NCBI GenBank assembly: GCA_965219415.1
Contig: OZ244742.1
Coordinates: 512,001 to 576,000 of the forward strand
DNA: 64,000 bases
Reading direction: 5' to 3'
DNA from: Candidatus Marinacidobacterales bacterium
GTDB taxonomy: Bacteria; Acidobacteriota; Vicinamibacteria; Marinacidobacterales; DATDRI01
Part shown: positions 10,039 to 20,271 of the stretch, piece after piece
Numbering within the stretch: the stretch's first letter is position 1
Layout of the letters: every line of letters starts with the position of its first letter
Notes under the pieces: model-generated
Seen by the model: only the letters and a program-made list of their open reading frames with translations
The model's database searches: none
What the model was told of the DNA's origin: nothing
Translations under genes and position numbers: made by a program

Positions 10039-13000
10039 TCAGTGAAAATCCCGGCTTCGCCCGTGCTGGGGCTGCACCTTGAGGCTAGGAGCCCAAAGCT
10101 CATCGGCGATGAGGTGCACGACATTGTCGCGGGCTTCGAGCTTGCCGGTGACACCGAGGAAGGGCGCGGTCTTGACAAGCACCGCATAGCGTTCGAAGAC
10201 CCTCGTCCAAATAACGAGATTCACGAAACCGGTCTCATCTTCTAGAGTCATGAAGGTGACCCCCGATGCAGTCCCCGGGCGCTGGCGGCAGATCACTAGT
10301 CCCGCGTAACGAATCTTTTTTCCGTGCTTCATCTTCGAGACTGTCTCCGCATCCGGTAGACCTTGAGCACGGAGGGCTTCTCGCAATGGGCCTAGGGGAT
10401 GCCCCCGTGTGCTATGTGAAGACGCATGATAATCCCAGGCAATGGTCTCGAATTCGTCGAGCTTCGGAAACTCCGGAGTTTCTTCTGCACATTCGAGGGG
10501 CAAAGACCGTGAAGGCTCGCGAGCCAAACCGCGGACATCCCAGAGCGCGGCTCTTCTCACCTTGCCGAATCCATCGAAGGCACCGGCTTCGGATAAGACT
10601 TGGAGAGCTCCCTCGTTCAATCGAGTCCGACGAACGAAGTCTTCGATAGAAACAAAAATCCGTTGGCGACGGGCGGCCTCGATCCGCTTCCAATCTCCTT
10701 CTCCAAGACTTTTGACATAGCGGAGCCCCATACGTACCGCATAGGGAAACGCCCCTTGGCCCGCCGTAGCCTTGGCGGAGGCGGCTTCGGCGTGCTCCAG
10801 CGTGCAATCCCAATCGCTTCGCCGAACCTCCACCGAACGGACCTCGACATCACGCCGCTTGGCGTCATCAATGATGGTCGCCGGAGAATAAAAACCCATC
10901 GGCTGAGCGTTCAAAAGAGCACAGGTGAACTCGGCGGGATAATGTCTCAAGAGATAGGCGGCGGCATAGGCAATCAAGGCGAAACTCGCGGCATGACTCT
11001 CCGGAAAACCGTACTCGCCGAAGCCCCGGATCTGCTCGAAGACCCTCTCCGCAAACTCCGGCTTGATCCCCTTCGCCTGCATCCGTGAAATAAGTCGCTC
11101 GCGATGCTTCTCGATGCGCCCGGTGCGGCGCCACGCCGCCATGTCGCGTCGGAGTTGATCGGCCTCGCCGGGAGTGTAGTCAGCCGCCACGACCGCCAGG
11201 CGCATCACCTGCTCCTGGAAAAGAGGCACGCCCAGCGTCTTCTCAAGCACCGGCCTCAAAGACGGATGGGGGTACTCCACCGGCTCTTCTCCGTTCCGCC
11301 GGCGAAGGTAGGGGTGCACCATCCCTCCCGTGATCGGACCGGGCCGCACGATGCTCACCTCGACCACGAGGTCGTAATAATGACACGGCCGGAGGCGAGG
11401 AAGCATCGCCATCTGCGCGCGGCTTTCGATCTGGAAGACTCCAACCGTCTCGGCACGACAGATCATGTCGAAGGTCTCGGCATCGTCCTTGGGGATCGTG
11501 GCCATGGATAGATTGATGTCCCGGTGCCGCTCCAGCAAGCGAAAGCAGAGGTCGAGCTGCGTGAGCGCGCCGAGTCCCAGGAGATCCACTTTGAAGAGTC
11601 CCAGGGACTCGATGTCGTCTTTGTCCCATTGGATCACCGTGCGGTCGGCCATGGTGGCATTCTCGATGGGGACGATGTCGTGGACCGGCTCGTGACCGAG
11701 AAGGAACCCGCCAGGATGGATCGACAAGTGCCGCGGAAAATCTTGGATCTCGTAGGACAATCTCAATAAGTGCTGGTTGATCGGAACTTCCGGATCGAGG
11801 CCGGCGTGACGGAGCGCCTGCGCGGAAACGCCATCGTAGTGAGAGAGAATCTTGGCCAGACGATCGAGAGAGGTCTCCGGAAGTCCCAGGGCCTTTCCCA
11901 CGTCGCGTACCGCCGAGCGGGCGCGATAGCGGATGACGTTCGCCACCATCGCCGCCTTGTCTCGCCCGTACTTTTCGTAAACGAACTGGATGGCCTCTTC
12001 CCTTCTCTGATGCATGATGTCGAGATCGATGTCGGGAGGCTCGTTGCGATCCTTCGACAAGAAACGTTCGAACAAGAGCCCCATACGCACCGGATCCACC
12101 GCGGTGATGTTCAGGCAGTAGCAGACCGCCGAGTTCGCCGCCGAGCCGCGGCCCTGACACAGAATTTCATTGGCGCGGCAAAACTGCACGATCTCGTACA
12201 TGGTGAGGAAATATCCGCAGTAATCCAGTTCCTCGATGAGACGAAGCTCCTTTTCGACTTGCCTCACGACATCGGCTGGAACGTCGCCCTGGTAACGGCG
12301 GCGCGCACCTTCCATCGTCAATCGATGAAGCCATTCCGCGGAGGTCGTCCCATCCGGAAGCCGTTCGGCAGGGTAACGGTAGCGAAGCTGGTCCAAAGAA
12401 AAATCACAGCGCGCCACGATCTCTTCGGTCCTCGCCACCGCCGAAGGATCATCGGCGAAGAGCTGCTCGAAAGAAAAAAGTGTCCTCAACCCATGCTCGG
12501 CGTTCGGTTTGGTTTGTCGCCCTGCCGTCCGCACTGTTAATCCGTGGCGAATGCAAGTCAAGACATCTTGCAGATCGCGTCTTTCGGGAGTGTGGTAGAG
12601 CACCTCCACCGCAGCGACGATGGGTATTCCATGGCGCGCGGCGCGCTCACGTAATCGCGCTTCCTGAGGCACCTCGGTATCACGGCGATGTCGCGCCGCC
12701 ATCGCGTAGAGCCGATCCCCAAAAGCCTCCCGTAAGGATTCGGCAACCCTTCCCGGATCGGACTCCCCTACCAACAGGCTTCTCTCCCCTCCCCAAAGAG
12801 CAAGGAGTCTGTCCTGATGTCCAAAAACTTCGTCCCAGCTCACCGAGGACTCGCCTTTGGGCGAACGGAGCCGGCCGGCGGTCAAGAGTCGGCAAAGACT
12901 CGCATAACCACGACGGTCCTGGGCTAGTAGCAGGATGACCGAGCCATCTTCGACCGTCACTTGCGCCCCGATGAGAAGCTGCACACCTATCTCTTTCGCT

Positions 13001-13179
13001 TTCACATGGGCGCGTACCACGCCATACACTCCGTCGCGATCGGTGACCGCGAGGGAACGCAAACCAAGCCGCTGTGCTTCTTCAACGAGCTCCTCCGGGT
13101 GACTCGCCCCTTCGAGGAAGGAGCCATTGGTCTTGCACCAGAGAGGCACGTACGTCATTTGAGTTTCGACGACAGCCAC
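10039..13179 (-). CDS. dnaE2: error-prone DNA polymerase III alpha subunit DnaE2 (ImuC)
   Basis: PHP domain [36 protein letters not shown]-like motif, diagnostic C-terminal SRDFH. Confidence 0.97.
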   Translation of the reverse strand: MAVVETQMTYVPLWCKTNGSFLEGASHPEELVEEAQRLGLRSLAVTDRDGVYGVVRAHVKAKEIGVQLLIGAQVTVEDGSVILLLAQDRRGYASLCRLLTAGRLRSPKGESSVSWDEVFGHQDRLLALWGGERSLLVGESDPGRVAESLREAFGDRLYAMAARHRRDTEVPQEARLRERAARHGIPIVAAVEVLYHTPERRDLQDVLTCIRHGLTVRTAGRQTKPNAEHGLRTLFSFEQLFADDPSAVARTEEIVARCDFSLDQLRYRYPAERLPDGTTSAEWLHRLTMEGARRRYQGDVPADVVRQVEKELRLIEELDYCGYFLTMYEIVQFCRANEILCQGRGSAANSAVCYCLNITAVDPVRMGLLFERFLSKDRNEPPDIDLDIMHQRREEAIQFVYEKYGRDKAAMVANVIRYRARSAVRDVGKALGLPETSLDRLAKILSHYDGVSAQALRHAGLDPEVPINQHLLRLSYEIQDFPRHLSIHPGGFLLGHEPVHDIVPIENATMADRTVIQWDKDDIESLGLFKVDLLGLGALTQLDLCFRLLERHRDINLSMATIPKDDAETFDMICRAETVGVFQIESRAQMAMLPRLRPCHYYDLVVEVSIVRPGPITGGMVHPYLRRRNGEEPVEYPHPSLRPVLEKTLGVPLFQEQVMRLAVVAADYTPGEADQLRRDMAAWRRTGRIEKHRERLISRMQAKGIKPEFAERVFEQIRGFGEYGFPESHAASFALIAYAAAYLLRHYPAEFTCALLNAQPMGFYSPATIIDDAKRRDVEVRSVEVRRSDWDCTLEHAEAASAKATAGQGAFPYAVRMGLRYVKSLGEGDWKRIEAARRQRIFVSIEDFVRRTRLNEGALQVLSEAGAFDGFGKVRRAALWDVRGLAREPSRSLPLECAEETPEFPKLDEFETIAWDYHASSHSTRGHPLGPLREALRAQGLPDAETVSKMKHGKKIRYAGLVICRQRPGTASGVTFMTLEDETGFVNLVIWTRVFERYAVLVKTAPFLGVTGKLEARDNVVHLIADELWAPSLKVQPQHGRSRDFH

Positions 13180-13227
13180 CTCATCTGTCCTCCAAAGCTG
13201 TCACCCTAATATTGAGAGGTACGTATG

Positions 13228-14715
13228 TCACTCGACGCGCCCTTCGAGAAACCAGCGGCGCCGCTTTCGATCGTAAAAAATCCAGAGCATCTCCCCGCGA
13301 AGCATGTTCACGAAGTAGTACTCGCGGTGGACGCCGCCGGCCCACCAGCCTCCGGAAAAGACGTAAGGGCCGACGAATTTTTGGACCGGCCCGTACTCGA
13401 GTCCGCGCAAGAGCCAGCCATCAGGCTCGTGACGGGATCGATGTGGAAGGAGAAGCGGTCTTTCGTAGATTCTTCTCACCAGAAGACGTGGGCCGCTCTC
13501 TTTTCGAGGATGAGGGATGGTCGTCTTTTCCATGGACTCCCATCGAAAGCTCGCCTGAGGAAGATGACTGTCGTGCAAATGGGCTCGCACCACGACCGTG
13601 TCCCCAAATTCCGCCCGGAGACGAGCAAGAGCGCGGCTGCCCGCCTCCAGATCGCTGCGCGGTTTCTCGGTGAACAAAAGATCTTGTTCGGGGAGGATCT
13701 TAGTTTCACAGACGGTCAAATGGAGCGCCACCACGCCTGATTTGAGCCGCAATGATTCCAGACGTAATCGAATGAGACCCAGGATCTGCGCGCTATCGAC
13801 GGTCGGCGCCGCGGTGCGAATCCGCTCTCCGTACTCCCCCTCGCGATCGAGAACCAGTCGAAGCGTGAGCTCGGTCAGCGCCTTGCTTTTCGGCACCAGC
13901 TCCGCCAAAAGCGAATCCAGCATCCTCTTTATGAGAAACAACAACCGCTCGGAATCGGCGTCCGGGGCATCCAGCAAGAACTGGCGCTCGAGGGGCTCCA
14001 CGGCGGGATGAGGTTGAAGGGGAGCCCAGAGATCTCCGGCGGCGAGACGGTACAGCCGATGCGCTTCGACGCCGAATCGCTTCAGGAGACCCTTGGCCGG
14101 AAGCTTGAGGAAACCCGCAACCGTGCGAACTCCGAGCTTATCCAAGGCATCTCGCACCCCAGGCTCGATCTCCAAACGGTCCAGCTGGACTCGACGGGCG
14201 GCCCGGTTTTCTTCACCGGTATCCTTGAAGACCTTTGCTCCAAGGATAGATTTGGCCACCGCGAAGGTTCCGAAGCGAGTGAACCCCACGACGATGGTGG
14301 ATAAAAAACCAACTTTCAGAAGGTCTTTGCCAACGGCACTCGCCCAATCCTCTAGAGTTTTGTAGAGCCGTCCCAGTCCTTGGGCATTCAGCCAGAAGAC
14401 GCCCGGTGTCTCGGGCGCCGGCTCCACCTCCGGCGTGTAATGACGGAGCCGATCGGTGAGAAGCTGGACACCGTTTTCGATCTCACGATGGGAAACGGTG
14501 CCTGCCCTTAAGTCGGATGCCAACGATAACGCTTGGGCATAACGTTGCCCGGGGAGGACGCGCGCTCGCCTAGCCTTTTCGTTTACCCAGAGCAGAGGAG
14601 AGCTCGGTCGATCCTCGGCAACGACGGCAACCGGAAACTCCTTCCAATCCGGATGTTCCCGAAGGAGGAGTTGGAGTGGGAACGCCGGAACATCAACACA
14701 TGCCAGCCGGACCAC
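13228..14715 (-). CDS. imuB: inactive Y-family polymerase ImuB
   Basis: RLACVDVPAFPLQLL N-terminus; C-terminal GPYVFSGGWW...REYY...WFLEG; upstream of dnaE2 in the operon. Confidence 0.93.
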   Translation of the reverse strand: MVRLACVDVPAFPLQLLLREHPDWKEFPVAVVAEDRPSSPLLWVNEKARRARVLPGQRYAQALSLASDLRAGTVSHREIENGVQLLTDRLRHYTPEVEPAPETPGVFWLNAQGLGRLYKTLEDWASAVGKDLLKVGFLSTIVVGFTRFGTFAVAKSILGAKVFKDTGEENRAARRVQLDRLEIEPGVRDALDKLGVRTVAGFLKLPAKGLLKRFGVEAHRLYRLAAGDLWAPLQPHPAVEPLERQFLLDAPDADSERLLFLIKRMLDSLLAELVPKSKALTELTLRLVLDREGEYGERIRTAAPTVDSAQILGLIRLRLESLRLKSGVVALHLTVCETKILPEQDLLFTEKPRSDLEAGSRALARLRAEFGDTVVVRAHLHDSHLPQASFRWESMEKTTIPHPRKESGPRLLVRRIYERPLLLPHRSRHEPDGWLLRGLEYGPVQKFVGPYVFSGGWWAGGVHREYYFVNMLRGEMLWIFYDRKRRRWFLEGRVE

Positions 14716-15340
14716 GGCAAGTCTCCCGATGTACTTGTCCCGGGCCGCGTCTTTTGTCCTTGAGAACCGAGAGCTCGATGCGATAAGGAGCCGCTGGAGG
14801 CCGGTGAGCCTCCGCCCTCAGTGAAACGAGGGAGCCGAGAGAACTTGCATGGGTCGGCTTTTCGGTAAGGACGACGACCGCCGTGTCGTGTTTCTTGGCC
14901 AGTCCGACCAAGCGTGTCAGCAGCGACGTGGGAATGGATGTGTATGCGACGCACTCTTGTCCCATGCTTGCGGGGGCCGGCTTCGGGCCGAGGTCGATCG
15001 CCACGAGTCCAAATCCACCCGAGCGAACGAGCTGCATCGCCGATCGCGCCGCAGTGTATGAATCACGGGCACGAACGACCGCGAGGGAATCCAAGTCGAT
15101 CCCACCCGCCGCGGCGTCGGGCGGAAAAAATGTGCTCGACAGCAATGTGATCCAGGCGACGGGCTCGCCCCTCCATTGCGCCTCCAGCACCAGCCCGAAA
15201 GCCGCGGTCAACGTCGCCGTCGCTCCGCTTCCGGAAAGCTCCACCAGGCGCCCGGCAATTTGAGGAACACCCCAGGGGACGACGATCCTTAGTTTGCTGT
15301 CGGTAGAGAGACTGGTGGTGACAAAACTCTGGCGAGCCAC
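14693..15340 (-). CDS. imuA: RecA-like ImuA protein
   Basis: GRLVELSG with degenerate Walker A, FFPPDAAAGGIDL, RSGGFGLVAIDL, SLGSLVSLR; overlaps imuB start. Confidence 0.88.
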   Translation of the reverse strand: MARQSFVTTSLSTDSKLRIVVPWGVPQIAGRLVELSGSGATATLTAAFGLVLEAQWRGEPVAWITLLSSTFFPPDAAAGGIDLDSLAVVRARDSYTAARSAMQLVRSGGFGLVAIDLGPKPAPASMGQECVAYTSIPTSLLTRLVGLAKKHDTAVVVLTEKPTHASSLGSLVSLRAEAHRPPAAPYRIELSVLKDKRRGPGQVHRETCRGPAGMC

Positions 15341-15351
15341 GGTTGTCTCCC

Positions 15352-16194
15352 CTATCCCGCTAGCAGCTGAGGAGCGACCATCTGGCGGGCGGTGGCGACC
15401 GAGCTCTTTCGCTTATTCAGAATCTTCTGAAGCTCCTGAGCATTGATGACCGCCTGGCCCTGCCAGTGATTATTGAAGATGACAAAAGTATGTTGGCTCT
15501 GCTTCTCGATCTCTCGTAAGCGGGGTATCCAACCCATCAGCTCACGACGGCGGTAATTGTAATCGTAACGGTAGCCTTGATCTTTCACCCACCACTTCCA
15601 CCACCTAGAGGCATTACGTCCATGGAACCGCACGTAGCCCCGATCAGAGGTGACGAGAGCACGAGGACCGGGGAGCTTGGCCAGTTTCGGCGTATCCACA
15701 CACGCGACGCCGATATCCCATCCTCTGAGAAAGTGGAGCGTCTCTTCGTCGAGCCAACTGTCGTGACGAAACTCTACCACCAGGGGGAGTCCTTCCAGCG
15801 CCGCACGGAGTCGACAGACGTAAGCACGATGCTCGGGATTATTGATGAAGGTGAAAGGAAACTGGGCCACCACCGCTCCCAACTTCCGAGCTTGGACGAG
15901 CGGAGCCAGCGAAGCGGCAAAATGATGGGCCAGACTCAGGTCCTTCGTCTCTAGTGGACGTTGATGCGTCAGGCGACGATGCGCCTTCACGGTAAACACG
16001 AGCCTTCCTGCCGAGCGGCGAAGCAAACGCTCTTGATCCTCCACGGTCGGCATCCGGTAACGGGTGAATGTCAGCTCGCAGCAATTGAATTGTTCGGAGT
16101 AAAAATCCAGGTAGTCTTCATAAAGTAACCACGATGGATAAAAGCTAGGAGACCAGTTGTGATAACCGTACCCGCTCGTACCGATGTAAATCAC
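15352..16194 (-). CDS. DUF72 (YecE-like) TIM-barrel protein
   Basis: IYIGTSGYGY, FTVKAHRRLTH, QFP, VEFRH, YVRFHGRN, YDYNY, FNNH motifs. Confidence 0.93.
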   Translation of the reverse strand: MIYIGTSGYGYHNWSPSFYPSWLLYEDYLDFYSEQFNCCELTFTRYRMPTVEDQERLLRRSAGRLVFTVKAHRRLTHQRPLETKDLSLAHHFAASLAPLVQARKLGAVVAQFPFTFINNPEHRAYVCRLRAALEGLPLVVEFRHDSWLDEETLHFLRGWDIGVACVDTPKLAKLPGPRALVTSDRGYVRFHGRNASRWWKWWVKDQGYRYDYNYRRRELMGWIPRLREIEKQSQHTFVIFNNHWQGQAVINAQELQKILNKRKSSVATARQMVAPQLLAG

Positions 16195-16282
16195 TTGACA
16201 CCTCCCTCTAGAGACACTTCTCCCCTTTGATTGACTGGGTGTTTCTGAGAAAAACGCTAGTTGCGACTAGAAAAAATGAAGA

Positions 16283-16501
16283 CTAACTTTCTTTGGCCAC
16301 GTGACGACGAGGTCTGAACTCGAGCCAAGCACCGATAGCTCGTAATCGCGTGGTAAGACCCCCTTCTCCGTATTGGATCTTCACCGCATCGCGAATCACC
16401 TCGCCCATTGGCCTACCCTGCTGGCCGGCTACTTTTTCGAGACGCTGATAAAGATCCATGGGAAGCCGGACCGCTTTTTTGCTCATCCTCTTGCTAGGCA
16501 T
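16283..16501 (-). CDS. small ribbon-helix-helix (CopG-like) DNA-binding protein
   Basis: AVRLPMDLYQRLEKVAGQQGRPMGEVIRDAV fits the beta-alpha-alpha RHH pattern; start overlaps lexA stop. Confidence 0.7.
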   Translation of the reverse strand: MPSKRMSKKAVRLPMDLYQRLEKVAGQQGRPMGEVIRDAVKIQYGEGGLTTRLRAIGAWLEFRPRRHVAKES

Positions 16502-17105
16502 ATTTCCGTATCAGTCCGACGACGACTCCCCGGATGCGGACTGCCTCCTCTCCCACGATGAGGGGAGAGTAATTCGGATTAGCCGGACGGAGCTCGATTC
16601 GCTCCCCGTGTCGGTAGAACCTCTTGACGGTGGCCTCGCCTTCTGCCAGCGCCACCACTGTCTGACCGGGTTCGGCACTCTCTCGTCTATGCACGATCAG
16701 CAAATCGTCCTCGTGAATACCGTCCTCTACCATGCTGTCGCCCGTCACCTTCAAGGCAAAGTGCTCGCCCCGGCCGCCGAGAAGGACTTCGGGGACATCA
16801 ATGGTCTCGGGAACCTCTGGGGCTTCGACGGGACCACCAGCCGCGACCGTACCTAGCAGGGGCAAAGTAACGGCGGCGGCCGCTTCCGGCTGGTCGGAAA
16901 CGATTTCCAGGGCCCTTTTCTGGTTGCCCCAGGGCGATTTTATAAACCCTTTTCTTTCAAGCTGTTGTAGATGTTTCCGCACTGAGTTCAAGGAGGCGAA
17001 GCCGAACTCCTCTCGAATTTCCTCATAGGAAGGAGGACGCCCGTTCTCACCTCGGTAGGCCTTCAAGTAATCGAAAACGGCTTGTTGTTTCTGTGTTAAA
17101 TCCAT
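16494..17105 (-). CDS. lexA: SOS repressor LexA
   Basis: LTQKQ...PPSYEEI winged HTH, Ala-Gly cleavage site (VAAG), GDSM catalytic Ser, TVKR catalytic Lys. Confidence 0.97.
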   Translation of the reverse strand: MDLTQKQQAVFDYLKAYRGENGRPPSYEEIREEFGFASLNSVRKHLQQLERKGFIKSPWGNQKRALEIVSDQPEAAAAVTLPLLGTVAAGGPVEAPEVPETIDVPEVLLGGRGEHFALKVTGDSMVEDGIHEDDLLIVHRRESAEPGQTVVALAEGEATVKRFYRHGERIELRPANPNYSPLIVGEEAVRIRGVVVGLIRKYA

Positions 17106-17112
17106 GGGAGCT

Positions 17113-17141
17113 AATATAGGTGCAAATTAGGTGTAGATCAA
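17113..17141 (-). promoter_or_regulatory. sigma70-type lexA promoter TTGATC-N17-TATATT with CACCTA-N5-CACCTA direct repeat
   Basis: -35 at 17136-17141, -10 at 17113-17118, ATG 7 nt downstream, no SD; repeats at 17117-17122 and 17128-17133. Confidence 0.75.
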
Positions 17142-17194
17142 CGACAAGATGTAGGGGTCCCTCGGCCCCCCGCCCCCACCCTTTGGGCTTAGTG

Positions 17195-17282
17195 GGGGTC
17201 GGATCCGAAAATGTGACAGCGTCAGTCAGGCCAGACGCCGGGATCAGAGTCAGACCCGTGTTACATTTTTAGATCCGACCCC
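17195..17282. repeat. inverted doublet of 24-bp REP-like repeat
   Basis: ggggtcggatccgaaaatgtgaca (17195-17218) and reverse copy ggggtcggatctaaaaatgtaaca (17259-17282). Confidence 0.8.
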
Positions 17283-17284
17283 TG

Positions 17285-17945
17285 TCAAAAAGCGATGATC
17301 AAGCCGGCGGTGGCGCCCGCCTGCCACGACGCCGAGCCGCCAAACGCGATCAAACATCCCCCCCGAAGCGAACAAAAGAAGGCACCCCCGCCTGCTACAT
17401 AATGTGGGCCAAGCGCGGGCGTCGAGACGAAAACCCAGCCGCTCGGAGAGAAAGACTTTGACGCCGCCACCGAAGCCAAGCGAGAAACGCCAATCGCTCC
17501 CTGCGCCAGCCAAGCTCGGGCTGAACCGTGTTGCGCCGAGGGCCAGCACAATGAACGGGCGCACGGCGGGCTTATCGTCGTCGTCGTCGAAATACTCTGC
17601 ACCTTCGCCTAAGAACTCGTAAACCCCGCCCGCCTGGAAGTACTCGACGTTCACATCCAAGAACTCGACCCCGGGCCGAAGGGCGTCGGTGCTCCGGAGC
17701 TCGAGTCCCGTCTCCTGACGGCTGTAAATAAACTCCACCGCGGCGTCTGCGCGCACCCGCACATCCACCAAGAATCCGAAAACAGGGTCCGCCTTGATGT
17801 CGACGCTGCCGTCTCGGACTCCAAAACCGCCGCCAAACTGCCAGCCGTAATAAGGAGTGATTTCCACGGTTTGTGCGTTTCCCAGGCCCGAACTGGCTCC
17901 CAGAGTCAGCGCCATCAGTAGTACACGAACTTTCTGCGTTTTCAT
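17285..17945 (-). CDS. outer-membrane beta-barrel protein (frameshift near 17400)
   Basis: signal peptide, EITPYYGWQFGG, alternating beta strands, alternative-frame C-terminus AGLIIAF. Confidence 0.8.
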
Positions 17946-18034
17946 CACCTAAGAATTATAGCGTTGCCCTGAGGGAATAAAGCCGCCCCCACCAGTACCT
18001 GCTCCAATAGCGAACGGAGCTATGGGAGGTACGG

Positions 18035-18881
18035 ATGACCAAATTACGGCGACTCGGGAAGCTCGGAGACCCCCGCCACTATCAGATCGCGATCCTGACC
18101 ACCCTCCTCGTTTACGGCATTCTCTGGCTCGATTTCGAGGTCCGCGCCGCCCAGGCCATCGGCATCTTGATCACCGCTCAGCTCACTCAGTATGTGTGCA
18201 CCAGGCTTTCCGGACTACCGCGCTTCGATCCCAAGAGCGCCCTCATCTCCAGCCTATCGTTGTGCCTGCTGCTGCGGACCAACTTCCTGGCGGTCGCGGT
18301 CGGGGCCGCCGGCATCACCATTGCGAGCAAGTTCCTCATCCGCTGGAACGGAAAGCATGTCTTTCAACCCCACGAACTTCGGTCTCGTGGCCGCCATTCT
18401 TCTAACCGGTGAAGCTTGGGTCTCGCCGGGTCAATGGGGCGCCGGTGTCTACTTCGGATTCTTGATGGCGTCTCTCGGAGGACTCGTCGTGAACCGCTCA
18501 TCCCGCAGCGATGTGACCTATGCGTTCCTCGGCTTCTATCTCGCGGTTCTCTTCGGCCGCTCTCTCTGGCTCGGCGAGCCGATGACGATTCCCTGGCACC
18601 GGCTTCAAAACGGAGCGTTCCTTCTATTCGCATTTTTCATGATCTCCGATCCGAGGACCACCCCCGACACACGCGCCGGCAGGATTCTTTTCGCCCTGCT
18701 CGTCGCCGTCGGAGCCGGATTCGTTCACTTCGTTCTCTATCGCCCTAACGGATTGCTTTTGGTCTCTGGCCTTATTCGCGATGATCGTACCGTTCATCGA
18801 CCGGCTGCTGCCGGGAATCCAATACCAATGGAAACGTGCGCCGGCGACACCCGTCGCACATAGCAAAGGAGAAACCAATGA
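18035..18881 (+). CDS. RnfD/NqrB-like membrane protein (frameshifts near 18360 and 18760; end approximate)
   Basis: DPRHYQI, SALISSLSLCLLLR, SKFLIR..GKH.FNPTNFG, WVSPGQWG, FFMISDPRTTP. Confidence 0.85.
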
Positions 18882-20212
18882 AACGGCTGTTGATCTTGTC
18901 GGCTCTCATCCTGGCGGCGGCATCCTCTCAGGAATCGGTGAGAGCCTTTTGCGGATTCTACGTGGCCAAGGCCGACGCGAAGCTCTTCAACAAAGCCTCG
19001 CAGGTGGTCCTGGTCCGCCACGATGACAAAACCGTCATCACCATGGCCAATGACTTTCGGGGAGACCCAAAGGAGTTCGCGGTGGTCATTCCAGTACCCA
19101 CCTTCATCGAGCGGGGGCAGATCCACGTCACCAACAAGGCGTTGATCGATCACCTCGACGCTTATACGTCGCCACGATTGGTCGAATACTTCGACGAGGA
19201 CCCCTGCCGCTACGGTATGTACGACATGGCCCAGGAGGCACCGGCCGCAGCCGGAGGGCGCTTGCGAAAGTCAGCTAACGACGCGGCTCGAAGCCTGGGA
19301 GTTACTATCGAGGCCCAGTACACCGTCGGTGAGTACGACATCTTGATCCTCTCCGCAGAGCAGAGCAACGGCCTCGAGAAGTGGCTCAAACAGGAAGGCT
19401 ACAAATTACCCCCCGGTGCTTCGCGTGTCTTGGGAAGCTACATCAAGCAAAACATGCGGTTCTTCGTGGCCAGGGTGAACCTCGAGGAGCAGTCGAAGCT
19501 CGGTTTCAACTACCTGCGTCCCCTCCAGGTCGCCTACGAATCTCCGAAGTTCATGCTCCCTATTCGACTCGGCACGGTGAACGCGGACGGCCCGCAAGAG
19601 CTCTTCATTTACGCTTTGACCAAAAACGGCCGCGTGGAGACGACCAACTACCGAACCACCAAACTCCCCACGGGGATGGATATTCCCGTTTTCGTGAAAA
19701 CCGAGTTCGGGGACTTCTACCGCGCGATGTTCTCCGAGCAAGTCAGGAAGCAGAACATGAGAACGGTTTTTTTGGAGTACGCGTGGGACATGGCATGGTG
19801 CGACCCGTGTGCCGCCGACCCTCTCTCTTACACCGAGCTCCGGGAGCTCGGTGTTTTCTGGCAGGACGGACGCCACTCCCGCGGCTCACAGGCGCAGCAA
19901 GTCTTCGTGACGCGACTTCACGTCCGTTATGACGGCGAGCACTTCCCCGAAGACCTCGTCTTTCAGGAAACCTCCGATCGCGGGAACTTCCAGGGACGCT
20001 ATGTGCTGCGTCATCCTTGGAAGGGCCGCGACAACTGCCCGGTGGCGCAGGAATACCGGCGCAACGTCGAGCAGCGGCAGGAGAAGGAGGCTCAGGCCCT
20101 CGCATCGCTCACGGGTTGGAACATCAACGAGATCCGCCAGAAGATGAACTTGCGGGGCGGTGACAGCCCCGGCGGTGGAAGCTGGTGGGAGCGGCTCTGG
20201 AAAAACAACTAG
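18878..20212 (+). CDS. DUF2330 domain secreted protein
   Basis: signal peptide then AFCGFYVAKADAKLFNKASQV, PRLVEYFDEDPC, MLPIRLG, CDPCAA, FQGRY. Confidence 0.92.
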   Translation: MKRLLILSALILAAASSQESVRAFCGFYVAKADAKLFNKASQVVLVRHDDKTVITMANDFRGDPKEFAVVIPVPTFIERGQIHVTNKALIDHLDAYTSPRLVEYFDEDPCRYGMYDMAQEAPAAAGGRLRKSANDAARSLGVTIEAQYTVGEYDILILSAEQSNGLEKWLKQEGYKLPPGASRVLGSYIKQNMRFFVARVNLEEQSKLGFNYLRPLQVAYESPKFMLPIRLGTVNADGPQELFIYALTKNGRVETTNYRTTKLPTGMDIPVFVKTEFGDFYRAMFSEQVRKQNMRTVFLEYAWDMAWCDPCAADPLSYTELRELGVFWQDGRHSRGSQAQQVFVTRLHVRYDGEHFPEDLVFQETSDRGNFQGRYVLRHPWKGRDNCPVAQEYRRNVEQRQEKEAQALASLTGWNINEIRQKMNLRGGDSPGGGSWWERLWKNN

Positions 20213-20271
20213 CGCTGCTCGCTCAGTAGGGGCTGCCCCCTGTTGGAGGGGGGGTTGGGCCCTCTCCGTCC

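Noticed and set aside
17151-20270. GTAGGGG-starting GC-rich hairpins at about 17151 and 20226 as classical REP elements
   Set aside because: Similarity is limited to 7 bp; could be ordinary terminators or chance.
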